Shown: positions 40,577-50,018 of the stretch, piece after piece
Position numbering within the stretch: the first letter of the stretch is position 1
Layout: every line of letters starts with the position of its first letter
Assembly: GCA_035515455.1 (NCBI GenBank)
Contig: DATJBH010000031.1
Location: forward strand, 10,172 to 74,171
DNA: 64,000 nucleotides
Reading direction: 5' to 3'
Source of the DNA: Xanthobacteraceae bacterium
GTDB taxonomy: Bacteria > Pseudomonadota > Alphaproteobacteria > Rhizobiales > Xanthobacteraceae
Notes under the pieces: generated by a model
Database searches by the model: none
The model's input: only the letters and a program-made list of their open reading frames with translations
Told to the model about the DNA's origin: nothing
Translations under genes and position numbers: made by a program

Positions 40577-41464
40577 ATGACCCGGTCAGTTCTCGCCACG
40601 CGCCAGATCGCGCCTCGAATTTCGGGCTGGTCGGCGCCTGTGGCCGTGTTGACGGCGGCGCTGGGACTCTCGGGCTGCGCCACGCTCGGCAATCCGCCGG
40701 CCAACGATGCCGGCGAGGGTCTGCTGGCCACTTCGCAGGCGAACCTGACTTCCCTCGGCGAGGTCATTGCCAAGCATCCCGACGATCCGCAGGCCTACAA
40801 TATGCGCGGCACGGTCTATGGCGAAGCCGGCCGCAACGATCAGGCGCTCGCCGATTTCAACAAGGCAATCAGCCTCGACCCTCGTTACGCGCAGGCCTAT
40901 GCCAACCGGGCCCTGATCTACCGCAAGGCCAGCAAGCTCGACCTCGCGCTCGCCGATGACGACAAGGCGCTGACCATCGACGCCGACTATGCGCCCGCCT
41001 ATGTCGGTCGCGGCATCGTCTATCGCCAAGAGGGTCACGCCCACGAAGCGCTCGCTGACTTCAACAAGGCGATCACGCTCAAGCCCGACAACGCCGACGC
41101 CTATTACAATCGCGGCCTGCTATACCAGAGCCGGCAGGAGCACCAATTCGCCATTGACGATTTTTCGACCGCGATCGGCCTGGAAAACGACAACGCCGAA
41201 CCGTGGATCGCCCGCGCGCTCAGCTATCTCGCCATCGGGGACAATAAGTCGGCGTCGACCGATCTCGACGCGGCGGTGCAGCTCGATCCCCAGAACGCGC
41301 GGGCATGGACGAGCCGGGGACTCGCTTACGAGCGCCTGGGACAAAAGGACAAGGCCGCCGGTTCCTATGCCAAGGCGCTCAACATCAATGACAAATATCC
41401 TCCGGCCAAGGAGGGCTTCGCCCGGGTCGGCGGCAAGATCGGCCAGACCTATCCGACGTTCTGA
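40577..41464 (+). CDS. TPR-repeat lipoprotein
   Basis: ATG at 40577 lies after the rpsU terminator. Lipobox LGLSGC. About 6 tandem TPR units (AYNMRGTVYGEAGRNDQALADFNKAISLDPRYAQAYANRALIY...). Confidence 0.8.
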   Translation: MTRSVLATRQIAPRISGWSAPVAVLTAALGLSGCATLGNPPANDAGEGLLATSQANLTSLGEVIAKHPDDPQAYNMRGTVYGEAGRNDQALADFNKAISLDPRYAQAYANRALIYRKASKLDLALADDDKALTIDADYAPAYVGRGIVYRQEGHAHEALADFNKAITLKPDNADAYYNRGLLYQSRQEHQFAIDDFSTAIGLENDNAEPWIARALSYLAIGDNKSASTDLDAAVQLDPQNARAWTSRGLAYERLGQKDKAAGSYAKALNINDKYPPAKEGFARVGGKIGQTYPTF

Positions 41465-41508
41465 TTTGTCGGCATCCTTCGAGGATGCTGTTGCAGCGCC
41501 GTCGATCA

Positions 41509-42312
41509 TCAATCCAGATCGCCGGCGAGGAAGCGGGCGACGGCGTCGAGCGCGCCGTTCTTGTCCAAATCCTCATGGCCGCCGTCGAGGAAGCGCACGA
41601 TATGCTTCGGTTTGTTGGCAAGCTCGAATAGACGCTCGCCCATCGCAAAAGGCACGACCCGGTCATGCACGCCGTGCAGGATCAGAAGCGGCGCCGTGAC
41701 CTTCTTGATGCGCTGATCGGAGCGGAACTGGTCTTCCATCAAAAGTCGCACCGGCAGATACCAATAACGGCGTTCGCCGATGGCGAGTGCGGAGGTGAAC
41801 GGCGCCTCCAGGATGATGCGGCCGACCGGCTTTTCCGCCGCCAGCGCCACCGCGACGCCGGAGCCGAGCGACTCGCCCCACAGCACGATCTCTTTCGCCG
41901 GATAATGGGCGGCCGCGAAGGCATAGGCTGCCTCGGCGTCGCGGATCAGGCCCCGCTCGCTGGGACTGCCGGACAATCCGCCATAACCGCGATATTCCAG
42001 CGCGACCAATCCGATTCCGGCACCGATCAGACGGCGAAAGCGCTCGACGCGATAGTTCAAAGCACCGCCGTTGCCGTGGAAATAAAGAATGACCGGTTTG
42101 CCGGCTTGCGGCGGCACGTGCCAGACCCGGATTTGCACGCCGTCGGACGCGGTCAGCGGTACTTCCGTGGCTTCCGGCAAGCCCGCCGCCGCCGGTGTCA
42201 CATGCGTGCGGTCCGGGAAATACATCAACGAACGCTGCGCGAAATAGATCATCGCCGTCAGGCCGACATAGCCGCAGACCGCAATGACGGCGATCCAGCC
42301 GAGCACGGTCAT
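41509..42312 (-). CDS. alpha/beta hydrolase (S33/S9-like, membrane-anchored)
   Basis: ATG at 42312 gives an N-terminal TM helix MTVLGWIAVIAVCGYVGLTAMIYF. HGNGG and GESLGSG (GxSxG) are present. An upstream start at 42525 is possible. Confidence 0.8.
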   Translation of the reverse strand: MTVLGWIAVIAVCGYVGLTAMIYFAQRSLMYFPDRTHVTPAAAGLPEATEVPLTASDGVQIRVWHVPPQAGKPVILYFHGNGGALNYRVERFRRLIGAGIGLVALEYRGYGGLSGSPSERGLIRDAEAAYAFAAAHYPAKEIVLWGESLGSGVAVALAAEKPVGRIILEAPFTSALAIGERRYWYLPVRLLMEDQFRSDQRIKKVTAPLLILHGVHDRVVPFAMGERLFELANKPKHIVRFLDGGHEDLDKNGALDAVARFLAGDLD

Positions 42313-42597
42313 TGTCCGCGACGGCAGTCGTGTACGTTTTCTGCTCCACGCGCGCGACAGCAGGGCCGCCCCGACGGCGAGCGCGAGCGCAGCGTAGCGC
42401 CGGGTTTTCTCGACGGCCCTCCGAACCGGGCCGCCACGCTTGCCGCTGTGTTGTTCGGCATTGCCGATCGCCCCGCGTGCCGCCGCGAGCGGACGCACCG
42501 CCTCCGAGGTCGTTTCTATCGGCATCGTCGCATGAAAAGAGCGGACCGATGAAGTTTATGGAAGGCCATAGGCACGAACAAACGCAACATGGGACCT

Positions 42598-42632
42598 AAA
42601 ACAAACCGGCCGGCTCATGAAAAGCCGGCCGG
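42598..42632 (-). terminator. Rho-independent terminator downstream of 42687..43025
   Basis: On the minus strand the stem ccggccggct/agccggccgg (10 bp) is followed by tttgtttt. Confidence 0.6.
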
Positions 42633-42686
42633 CCAAAATTCAACGCGCGCTGGCGCGATCACAGCGAGCCAGCTGGCCCCGCCGCT

Positions 42687-43025
42687 TTACGGGCAAATCT
42701 GGACGGTGCGCCAGCGGTAGCCGACGCCTTCGATCCAAACCTTACGCTTGCCCCAATAGCAGCCGGGCGCGAGTTCGGCATAGCCGGGGCCATACGCCGG
42801 CGGTGGAGGCGGGTAGTAGGCCGCCGGCGGCGGCGGGTAATAGGCGGGGGGCGGCGGCGGACTGTTGGCAATGGCGCTGCCGACGATGGCGCCCGCGGCG
42901 ATGCCGCCGAGAATTCCCGCACCAACCGCACAGCCGGTGCAATAGGCGTTTGCCGGGGCCGGTGCGGCCACCGTAGCAAGGCCGAGGCTGGCTGCTGCGG
43001 CCAAGCCCATGAGCGTCTTGCGCAT
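42687..43025 (-). CDS. small secreted Gly/Pro/Tyr-rich protein with C-terminal Cys pair
   Basis: ATG at 43025 with a purine-rich RBS. Signal peptide MRKTLMGLAAAASLGLATVAAPAPANA, a glycine-zipper-like GAGILGGIAAGAIVGSAIA, PPPPPAYYPPPPAAYYPPPPPAY, then CYWGKRKVWIEGVGYRWRTVQIC. Confidence 0.6.
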   Translation of the reverse strand: MRKTLMGLAAAASLGLATVAAPAPANAYCTGCAVGAGILGGIAAGAIVGSAIANSPPPPPAYYPPPPAAYYPPPPPAYGPGYAELAPGCYWGKRKVWIEGVGYRWRTVQICP

Positions 43026-43185
43026 GTGTCTTCCTCTTCTGACCGGCCGGGAGCCAGATCTGAACGTGGATGAGCGGGAAGCCCCGGAAACCCCCGAATT
43101 CTCTGTCGAACTCGCATCCATTGAAGTTCGACTATTTGGCGGAAATTAGGTGCCGACAGCGCATTAGTATCAATAATCCTGCACC

Positions 43186-43213
43186 AATCGCGTCCCCGAT
43201 GGGGGACGCGATT
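43186..43213 (-). terminator. hairpin downstream of 43241..43534 (terminator-like, weak U-tract)
   Basis: A 12-bp perfect stem aatcgcgtcccc / ggggacgcgatt with loop gatg. There is no strong T-run after it. Confidence 0.35.
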
Positions 43214-43240
43214 GACCGTCGAATTCCGGCCTCCGCCGGT

Positions 43241-43534
43241 TTAAACGCAGCCGCGCACCCAGGCGTAGCCGTTCCACCAGCGCCGCCATACGCAGGGCCG
43301 GCCGTAATAGGGAGGCGGATAATAACCGTACGGGTAGTAGCCGTAAGCATACGGAGCGGCGAGGGCGCTGCCGACCAGGGCGCCAGCGACGAAGCCGCCC
43401 GCTCCCCAACCCCAGCCGCCGCCATGCCAACCACCGTGCCAACCGCCATGCCAGGCCAATGCAGGGCCTGACGTCGCCACCGCCGCTCCTGCGAGAGTTC
43501 CCGCAGCGACAAGAGCAGCCAAGATCTTTCTCAT
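43241..43534 (-). CDS. small secreted Gly/Trp/Tyr-rich protein with C-terminal Cys pair (paralog-like of 42687..43025)
   Basis: Signal peptide MRKILAALVAAGTLAGAAVATSGPALA, WHGGWHGGWHGGGWGWG, GGFVAGALVGSALAA, YGYYPYGYYPPPYY, then CVWRRWWNGYAWVRGC. Confidence 0.6.
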   Translation of the reverse strand: MRKILAALVAAGTLAGAAVATSGPALAWHGGWHGGWHGGGWGWGAGGFVAGALVGSALAAPYAYGYYPYGYYPPPYYGRPCVWRRWWNGYAWVRGCV

Positions 43535-43911
43535 GACATCACCTCGACAGTCGGTTTAACCCGCAGCCCCAACCGTTCCTCGTGCCTTAAGTTCCCATTT
43601 ATTGGTGAACGCAGACTGAATGATCAAGCCTGAATCCAGCCATCATTGACCAAGGCCTTGCCGGCGGCGGGAATGCCGCGTTGCACAATCAGAGCATTCG
43701 GGCCCGCGGACTGCGTGTTCTGCTGCGAGAGGCAGGCGCAGCGGAAAATATTTGCGCCGCTTTGGCGAGGTCGCCGCCAGCGGTTGAAGACATTAAATGT
43801 TTGTAATCCGGCTCCCTCTTCCAGGGCGCATCGCAGGTTACGGACGCCTGATCGGTCGAGTGGCCTGCGCTATGCTCTGCTGACGATTCGCGCGGCAGGA
43901 CCCTACGAGCG

Positions 43912-44607
43912 ATGAAAACCCGGGCGGTAAGATCGGTTCGCAAGCCGAACCCGACGCCGCGGACGCGGTTGAAGTCCCGCCGCACCGAAACCGCGGACGC
44001 GCTCGCGCCGAAATCGCCGCGGGCCCCGTCACGGGCGAGCTTCATGCGGCTTGCGTCGGAGGTCGAGGCGCTCGCTGCGCAGCTTAAATCCTCGCACGAG
44101 CGCATTGCCGATCTCGAGGCGCGCGTCGACATCGATCCCTTGACCGACGTGCTCAACCGCCGCGGTTTTGAGCGCGAGCTCAAGCGCTCTCTCGCTTATG
44201 TCAAACGTTACGGCACCAGCGCGGCGCTGATCTATGTCGATCTCGACGGGTTCAAGCCGGTGAACGACCGCCATGGCCATGCCGCGGGCGATGCCGTGCT
44301 CAAGGCGGTCGTGGCGGCATTGCTGCGCCATGTGCGCGCCTCCGACGTCGTGGCGCGCATCGGCGGCGATGAATTCGCGGTGCTGTTGTGGAACGTCGAT
44401 GATGCCGCTGCGGCCGCCAAGGCTGCCACTCTCGAAACCGCGGTCTATTCCACCGAAGTCCGCTGGAACGCCTCGACATTCGCCGTCGGCGCCTCGGCCG
44501 GCGCCGCACTGCTGGGGCGGCTCGATACGCCCGGTGAGGTGCTGGCGCGCGCCGATGCGGCGATGTACGCCCGCAAGGCGCAACGCAGGCAGCGCCGATT
44601 GGGCTAA
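43912..44607 (+). CDS. GGDEF-domain diguanylate cyclase with N-terminal coiled coil
   Basis: DPLTDVLNRRGFEREL...LIYVDLDGFKPVNDRHGHAAGDAVL...RIGGDEFAVLL (GGDEF). The start could be Met at 44044. Confidence 0.85.
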   Translation: MKTRAVRSVRKPNPTPRTRLKSRRTETADALAPKSPRAPSRASFMRLASEVEALAAQLKSSHERIADLEARVDIDPLTDVLNRRGFERELKRSLAYVKRYGTSAALIYVDLDGFKPVNDRHGHAAGDAVLKAVVAALLRHVRASDVVARIGGDEFAVLLWNVDDAAAAAKAATLETAVYSTEVRWNASTFAVGASAGAALLGRLDTPGEVLARADAAMYARKAQRRQRRLG

Positions 44608-44810
44608 GCGATGATGTCCGGCGTGAGCTGGTCTTCGATGAACGAGATGCGGTCGCGCAGCTGCAGCTTGCGTTTTTTCAACCGCTGCACCTGAATGAGA
44701 TCGGAGCCCGGCGATTCCTGCAGCGCCGCGATCGCGGCATCGAGGTCGCGATGCTCCTGCAGCAGGCGCGACAGCTGCGCCCGAAGCTCGCGTTCTTCCT
44801 CTTGTGTCAT
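44604..44810 (-). CDS. DUF465 (YdcH-like) protein
   Basis: ATG at 44810. LRAQLSRLLQEHRDLDAAIAAL...IQVQRLKKRKLQLRDRISFIEDQL is the typical DUF465 pattern. Confidence 0.7.
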   Translation of the reverse strand: MTQEEERELRAQLSRLLQEHRDLDAAIAALQESPGSDLIQVQRLKKRKLQLRDRISFIEDQLTPDIIA

Positions 44811-45067
44811 TGCCGCCTTGGTCGAAGCCTTTGCCGGCCCTGCGCCGCGGCCGGCGGCCGCACGCGCAGATACCAAGTAAGTTACTCTGGATTATCGCGT
44901 TTCGGCTAATCGCCGACAAGGCCGCGGCGGCCCCACTTATTGTGCACAACGGACCTGCCAGTCACAGCCTTAGGGGATGTTCGTAGGGGCAAAAACGGAG
45001 TATCCTTGCTTTCGATTGTTAGGGTGTAGGATGATCAGGCTCAAATCCGACGCAAGGAGGCAGCCAG

Positions 45068-45247
45068 ATGGCGATTGAATCGCATCTTGCGGAACTTGAG
45101 AAACGGCACCAGGCGCTAGAGGCCGAAATCGACGAAGCGCTCACCCACCCCTCCGCCGACGACCTTCACATTAGAGAACTCAAGCGTAAGAAATTGCACG
45201 TCAAGGACGAGATCGAGCGGCTGCGGCACGACACACTCGTCCATTAG
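45068..45247 (+). CDS. DUF465 (YdcH-like) protein, 59 aa (below ORF-track cutoff)
   Basis: AAGGAGG lies 8 nt upstream of ATG 45068. MAIESHLAELEKRHQALEAEIDEALTHPSADDLHIRELKRKKLHVKDEIERLRHDTLVH*. Confidence 0.65.
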   Translation: MAIESHLAELEKRHQALEAEIDEALTHPSADDLHIRELKRKKLHVKDEIERLRHDTLVH

Positions 45248-45308
45248 TCCGGTAACCCTCGTAACAGTTCGGTCCACTCGTCCTCGCTAAGGCGCGAGGA
45301 GCGATAGA

Positions 45309-45340
45309 CTCTTAATTAATTGGCCTCTTAATCAATTGGC
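45309..45340. repeat. tandem 16-nt AT-rich direct repeat
   Basis: ctcttaattaattggc (45309-45324) is immediately followed by ctcttaatcaattggc (45325-45340), with one mismatch. Confidence 0.9.
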
Positions 45341-45342
45341 GG

Positions 45343-45380
45343 GATCGCTGCCTCTCGAATTTCACGGGAGGCAGCCGATC
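45343..45380. terminator. hairpin between convergent genes (terminator-like)
   Basis: gatcgctgcctc ... gaggcagccgatc (12-13 bp with one bulge), directly after the stop of the minus-strand acyl-CoA synthetase. Only a short T-run follows on the plus strand. Confidence 0.4.
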
Positions 45381-45382
45381 TT

Positions 45383-47008
45383 TCACATCCCCTTCACCAC
45401 ATCGCGCAGCTTGAACTTCTGCAGTTTCCCCGTCGATGTCTTCGGGATTTCCGCGAACACGATGGTGCGCGGGATTTTGTAGCCGGCGAGGTGGTCGCGG
45501 CACCAAGCGATCAGCTCGTCCGCATTCGCCTCCGCGCCGGGCTTCAATTCCACGAAGGCGCACGGCGTCTCGCCCCATTTCTCGTCGGGCTTCGCCACCA
45601 CGGCGACGACCTGCACCGCCGGGTGCTTGTACAGCGCATCCTCGACTTCGATGGAGGAAATGTTCTCGCCGCCGGAGATGATGATGTCCTTGGAACGGTC
45701 CTTGATCTGGATATAGCCGTCGGGATGGATGACGCCGAGATCGCCGGAGTGAAACCAGCCGCCGGCGAATGCCGCTTCGGTGGCTTTCTTGTTTTTCAGA
45801 TAGCCCTTCATCACCACATTGCCGCGGAACATCACTTCGCCGAGCGCGGCGCCGTCGCGCGGAACCGGCTCCATGGTGGCCGGATCGAGCACGTCGAGCG
45901 CATCAAGCACCGGATAGGCGACGCCTTGGCGCGCCTTCTTCGCCGCCTGGCCGGGGCCGTCGAGCGCGTCCCATTCGCGGTGCCAATCATTAACGCTGGC
46001 CGGTCCGTAGGTCTCGGTCAGGCCGTAGACATGCGTGACGTTGAAGCCCGCGGCCTTCATGGCCGCCAGCACCGATTCCGGTGGCGGCGCCGCGGCGGTG
46101 ACGAATTCGACCGTATGCGGCAGCGGCTTTTTCTCGGCCGCCGCGGCATTGAGCAGCGCCGACATCACGATCGGCGCGCCGCACAGGTGCGTGACCTTGT
46201 GGGTGGCGATGGCGTCATAGATCGGCGCGGCACGCACCGCACGCAGGCAGACATGAGTGCCGGCAACCACCGACAGCGTCCAGGGAAAGCACCAGCCGTT
46301 GCAATGAAACATCGGCAGCGTCCACAGATAGACCGGGTGCTTGCCCATGCCGCAAGTGATGACATTGGCCATCGCCAGCAGATAAGCGCCACGGTGATGA
46401 TAGACGACGCCTTTGGGATCGCCGGTGGTGCCTGAGGTGTAGTTGAGAGCGATCGCGTCCCATTCGTCGTGAGGCATCAGCCAGGCGAAGTCCGGATCGC
46501 CGTCGCGCAAAAAATCCTCGTAGTCGAGATTGCCGAGCCGCTCGCCGGCGCCGGTGTATTCGGGATCGTCATAGTCGATGACGAGTGGGCGGGCTGTGCA
46601 GCGCGCCAGCGCGTCCTTGGCAACTTTCGAAAATTCGCGATCGACGATCAGCGCCTTGGCTTCGCCGTGGTCGAACTGGAAGGCGATAATGGCGGCGTCG
46701 AGCCGGGTGTTGATGGTGTTGAGCACGGCGCCGGCCATCGCCACGCCGTAGTGCGCCTCGAGCATCGCCGGCGTATTGGCCAGCACGACGGCGACCGTGT
46801 CGCCGCGCTTGATGCCGCGTTTGGTTAGCGCCGAGGCAAGCCGCCGGGCGCGAGTGTAAAACTCGCGATAGCTCCACGACCGCGCGCCATGCACGATCGC
46901 GGTCTGATCGGGATAGACCTGCGCCGCGCGGGCGAGAAACGACAGCGGCGTGAGCGGCTGGAAATTCGCCGCGTTGCGATCGAGATCGGTACCGTAGGCC
47001 GTCGCCAT
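45383..47008 (-). CDS. acyl-CoA synthetase (AMP-forming, medium-chain type)
   Basis: LNYTSGTTGDPKGVVYHHRG (AMP-binding motif), WFHSGDLG, and IPKTSTGKLQKFKLR at the C-terminus. Confidence 0.9.
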   Translation of the reverse strand: MATAYGTDLDRNAANFQPLTPLSFLARAAQVYPDQTAIVHGARSWSYREFYTRARRLASALTKRGIKRGDTVAVVLANTPAMLEAHYGVAMAGAVLNTINTRLDAAIIAFQFDHGEAKALIVDREFSKVAKDALARCTARPLVIDYDDPEYTGAGERLGNLDYEDFLRDGDPDFAWLMPHDEWDAIALNYTSGTTGDPKGVVYHHRGAYLLAMANVITCGMGKHPVYLWTLPMFHCNGWCFPWTLSVVAGTHVCLRAVRAAPIYDAIATHKVTHLCGAPIVMSALLNAAAAEKKPLPHTVEFVTAAAPPPESVLAAMKAAGFNVTHVYGLTETYGPASVNDWHREWDALDGPGQAAKKARQGVAYPVLDALDVLDPATMEPVPRDGAALGEVMFRGNVVMKGYLKNKKATEAAFAGGWFHSGDLGVIHPDGYIQIKDRSKDIIISGGENISSIEVEDALYKHPAVQVVAVVAKPDEKWGETPCAFVELKPGAEANADELIAWCRDHLAGYKIPRTIVFAEIPKTSTGKLQKFKLRDVVKGM

Positions 47009-47077
47009 TTTGTTTTCCTTCCCCTACGTTTTCTCAAGCCTAGCAAATAAGGCCGTGCGCGAACAGCGAAGGCCGAT

Positions 47078-47866
47078 CTAGCGGCCGAGCCCGCGCCAGC
47101 CCTGCCAGAGCAACGCCAGCGAGATCAGAAACATCAATCCATAGGCGATCTGATAGAATCGCTCGGTCGGCGTTTTGTGCACGAGCCAGATGCCGAGGTA
47201 GTTGGCGCCGACGGCGAGCGGCAACAGCGCCAACGAGGTCGCAAAATTGCGCGCGGAAAATTGGCCCAGCACGAAATAAGGCACGATCTTCATTTCGTTC
47301 ATGAAGGCGAAAAAGATCGTGGTGGTGCCGACCAGCGTCAGCTTGTCGAGCCGCTGCGGCAGAATGTGGATCTGATAGGGCGGGGCGCCGACATTGACCA
47401 GGAGCGACATGAAGCCCGCGAGCGAGCCCCAGAACACGCCGAGGACCGGGTGAGGCCGGCCGTCGCCGGCTTTGGCCGGCAGGGCGGCCGGGCGCAGCCA
47501 TTTGATCACCCGCACGTTGAGCCAACTGTAGATCACGAAGGCGAAGCCGATGCCGCCCACCATCAGCTCGATACCGGCATTGGAGACGTGGCTCGCAAAC
47601 AGCGTTCCCGCGGCCATGCCGATCGCCGCGCCGGGCACCAGGACCTTCAGATTCCACAAGCTCCAGGTACGGCGATAGGTCCACACCGAGATGGCGTCCT
47701 GAATGATCAGAAGCGGCAGAATGATCGCCGCGCCCTGCAGCGGCGGCACCGCGAGCGCCAGCATCGGCGTCGCCACCATGCCGAGCCCGGCAAAGCCGCC
47801 CTTGCCGAGCCCGAGCAGCGTCACGGCCGGAATGGCGAGGAGATAGAACAGCGGATCGGTGATCAC
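47078..47866 (-). CDS. sulfite exporter TauE/SafE family membrane protein
   Basis: FYLLAIPAVTLLGLGKGGFAGLGMVATPMLAL and repeated TM halves. The start is uncertain (GTG 47866 or TTG 47914). The track ORF N-terminus translates a family B repeat. Confidence 0.8.
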   Translation of the reverse strand: MITDPLFYLLAIPAVTLLGLGKGGFAGLGMVATPMLALAVPPLQGAAIILPLLIIQDAISVWTYRRTWSLWNLKVLVPGAAIGMAAGTLFASHVSNAGIELMVGGIGFAFVIYSWLNVRVIKWLRPAALPAKAGDGRPHPVLGVFWGSLAGFMSLLVNVGAPPYQIHILPQRLDKLTLVGTTTIFFAFMNEMKIVPYFVLGQFSARNFATSLALLPLAVGANYLGIWLVHKTPTERFYQIAYGLMFLISLALLWQGWRGLGR

Positions 47867-47965
47867 GGCGGGATTTGCAGGAATAGGCGGGAATGCTGCC
47901 GTGACATAGATCAAAGCCGAGCCGCAAAGGGAAGCGTTGAGTTGCTTGCAAACGTCCTGTGATCC

Positions 47966-48063
47966 GTCATCCTGAGGTGCGACTGCAGCGAGCCTCGAAG
48001 GATGAGCGGCCCCGGTTGGCACCCTTCGAGGGCCATGCTGCGCACGGCCACCTCAGGGTGACG
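47966..48063. repeat. REP-like composite palindrome, family B
   Basis: gtcatcctgaggtgcgactgcagcgagcctcgaaggatg ... cccttcgagggccatgctgcgcacggccacctcagggtgacg. Confidence 0.85.
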
Positions 48064-48083
48064 ATAAAGGTGGGAGAAACGCC

Positions 48084-50018
48084 ATGGATGCGCGAGTGGA
48101 TGCCCGGTCGAGCCGCTATCACGAAGTCTATGCGCGCTGGCAGCGCGACCCGCTGGGCTTTTGGGGTGAAGCGGCGGACGACATCGCTTGGTTCGAGAAG
48201 CCGAGAACCGTGTTCGATGCCAAGGCGGGCATCTACGGCCGCTGGTTTCCCGACGGGGTCTGCAATACCTGCTTCAACGCGGTCGACCGCCATGTCGACG
48301 CCGGACGCGGCGAGCAGGCCGCGATCATCTACGATTCGCCGCTCGGCGGCGAAGCACGCACCATCAGCTATCATCGGCTCCTCACCGAGACGCAGGTGCT
48401 GGGCGGCATGCTGCGCGACCTCGGCGTCGGCAAGGGCGACCGCGTCATTCTGTATATGCCGATGGTGCCGGAGGCGGTCATCGCCATGCTCGCCTGCGCG
48501 CGCATCGGCGCCATCCATTCGGTGGTGTTCGGCGGCTTCGCGGCGCGCGAATTGGCGACGCGGATCGACGACGCCACGCCGAAAGTCATTCTGTCGGCGA
48601 GTTGCGGTCTCGAGCCCGGCCGCATCGCGCATTACAAGCCGCTGCTCGACGAGGCGATCGCGCTGTCGAAGCACAAGCCCGACGCTTGCTTGATTCTGCA
48701 GCGGCCGCAATCGGAAGCGCCGTTGATCGACGGCCGCGACCGCGACTGGGCGAAGATGCGCGACTACGCGCTCGTGCATGCCCGTTCGGCCTGGAACTGC
48801 GAGCGGATGCTCGCAACCGATCCACTCTACATCCTCTACACCTCCGGCACGACCGGCCGGCCGAAGGGCGTGGTGCGCGACAACGGCGGCCACATGGTCG
48901 CGCTGCAATGGTCGATGAAGAATCTCTACGGCGTCGAGCCCGGCGAAGTGTGGTGGACGGCGTCCGACATCGGCTGGGTGGTCGGCCATTCCTACATTGT
49001 CTATGCGCCGCTTTTGCACGGCTGCACCACGATCCTCTACGAGGGCAAGCCGGTCGGCACGCCGGACGCCGGCGCGTTCTGGCGCGTCATCGCCGAGCAC
49101 GGCTGCGCCGTGATGTTCACCGCGCCGACCGCGTTCCGCGCCATCAAGAAAGAAGACCCGCAGGGCAGGCTGTTCGCGCAGCACGATCTGAGAAAATTCC
49201 GCACCTTGTTTCTCGCCGGCGAGCGTGCCGATCCGCCGACGCTGGAGTGGGCCGAGCAACTCCTGAAAATCCCGGTGCTCGATCACTGGTGGCAGACCGA
49301 GACCGGCTGGTGCATCGCCGGCAATCCGGCGGGTCTCGGCACGCTGCCGGTGAAGCATGGCTCGGCGACGGTGCCGATGCCCGGCTACGACGTCCGGGTC
49401 GTCGACGAAGGCTGTCACGAAGTGGCGGCCAACAAGATGGGCTCGATCGTGATCAAGCTGCCGCTGCCGCCGGCGTGCCTGCCGACGTTGTGGCAGGCCG
49501 ACGCCCGCATGCGCGAAAGCTACCTGGAAGAGTTTCCCGGCTACTACAAAACCGCCGACGCCGGCTTCAAGGACGAGGATGGCTACGTCTTCATCATGGG
49601 CCGCACCGACGACATCATCAATGTCGCCGGTCACCGCCTCTCGACCGGCGGCATGGAGGAGGTGCTCGCGGCGCATGCGGACGTCGCCGAATGCGCCGTG
49701 CTCGGCATCAAGGACGAGCTCAAGGGCGAGGTGCCGTGCGGCTTCATCGTGCTCAAATCCGGCGTCAACCGGCCGCCGACCGAGATCGAGAAGGAATGCA
49801 TCGCGCTCGTTCGCGAGAAGATCGGGCCGGTGGCCGCGTTCAAGCTCGCCATCACCGTGGCGCGGCTGCCAAAGACGCGCTCGGGAAAGATTCTGCGCGG
49901 CACGATCAAGAAGATCGCCGACGGCGACAAGTGGCAAATGCCGGCGACCATCGACGATCCGGCGATCTTGGATGAGATTGGGACGGCGCTGAAGGGGAAG
50001 GGAGTGGGGGTGGAGTGA
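48084..50018 (+). CDS. prpE: propionate--CoA ligase-like acyl-CoA synthetase
   Basis: YHEVYARWQRDPLGFWGEAADDIAWF...CFNAVDRHV, YTSGTTGRPKGVVRDNGG, and LPKTRSGKILRGTIKKIADG are typical of PrpE/Acs-family enzymes. Confidence 0.8.
   Translation: MDARVDARSSRYHEVYARWQRDPLGFWGEAADDIAWFEKPRTVFDAKAGIYGRWFPDGVCNTCFNAVDRHVDAGRGEQAAIIYDSPLGGEARTISYHRLLTETQVLGGMLRDLGVGKGDRVILYMPMVPEAVIAMLACARIGAIHSVVFGGFAARELATRIDDATPKVILSASCGLEPGRIAHYKPLLDEAIALSKHKPDACLILQRPQSEAPLIDGRDRDWAKMRDYALVHARSAWNCERMLATDPLYILYTSGTTGRPKGVVRDNGGHMVALQWSMKNLYGVEPGEVWWTASDIGWVVGHSYIVYAPLLHGCTTILYEGKPVGTPDAGAFWRVIAEHGCAVMFTAPTAFRAIKKEDPQGRLFAQHDLRKFRTLFLAGERADPPTLEWAEQLLKIPVLDHWWQTETGWCIAGNPAGLGTLPVKHGSATVPMPGYDVRVVDEGCHEVAANKMGSIVIKLPLPPACLPTLWQADARMRESYLEEFPGYYKTADAGFKDEDGYVFIMGRTDDIINVAGHRLSTGGMEEVLAAHADVAECAVLGIKDELKGEVPCGFIVLKSGVNRPPTEIEKECIALVREKIGPVAAFKLAITVARLPKTRSGKILRGTIKKIADGDKWQMPATIDDPAILDEIGTALKGKGVGVE

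Noticed and set aside
43646-43915. 89-aa ORF upstream of the GGDEF gene
   Set aside because: Cys/Arg-rich translation, no RBS and no family resemblance. It lies in a long leader/intergenic region. I found no recognisable riboswitch there either.
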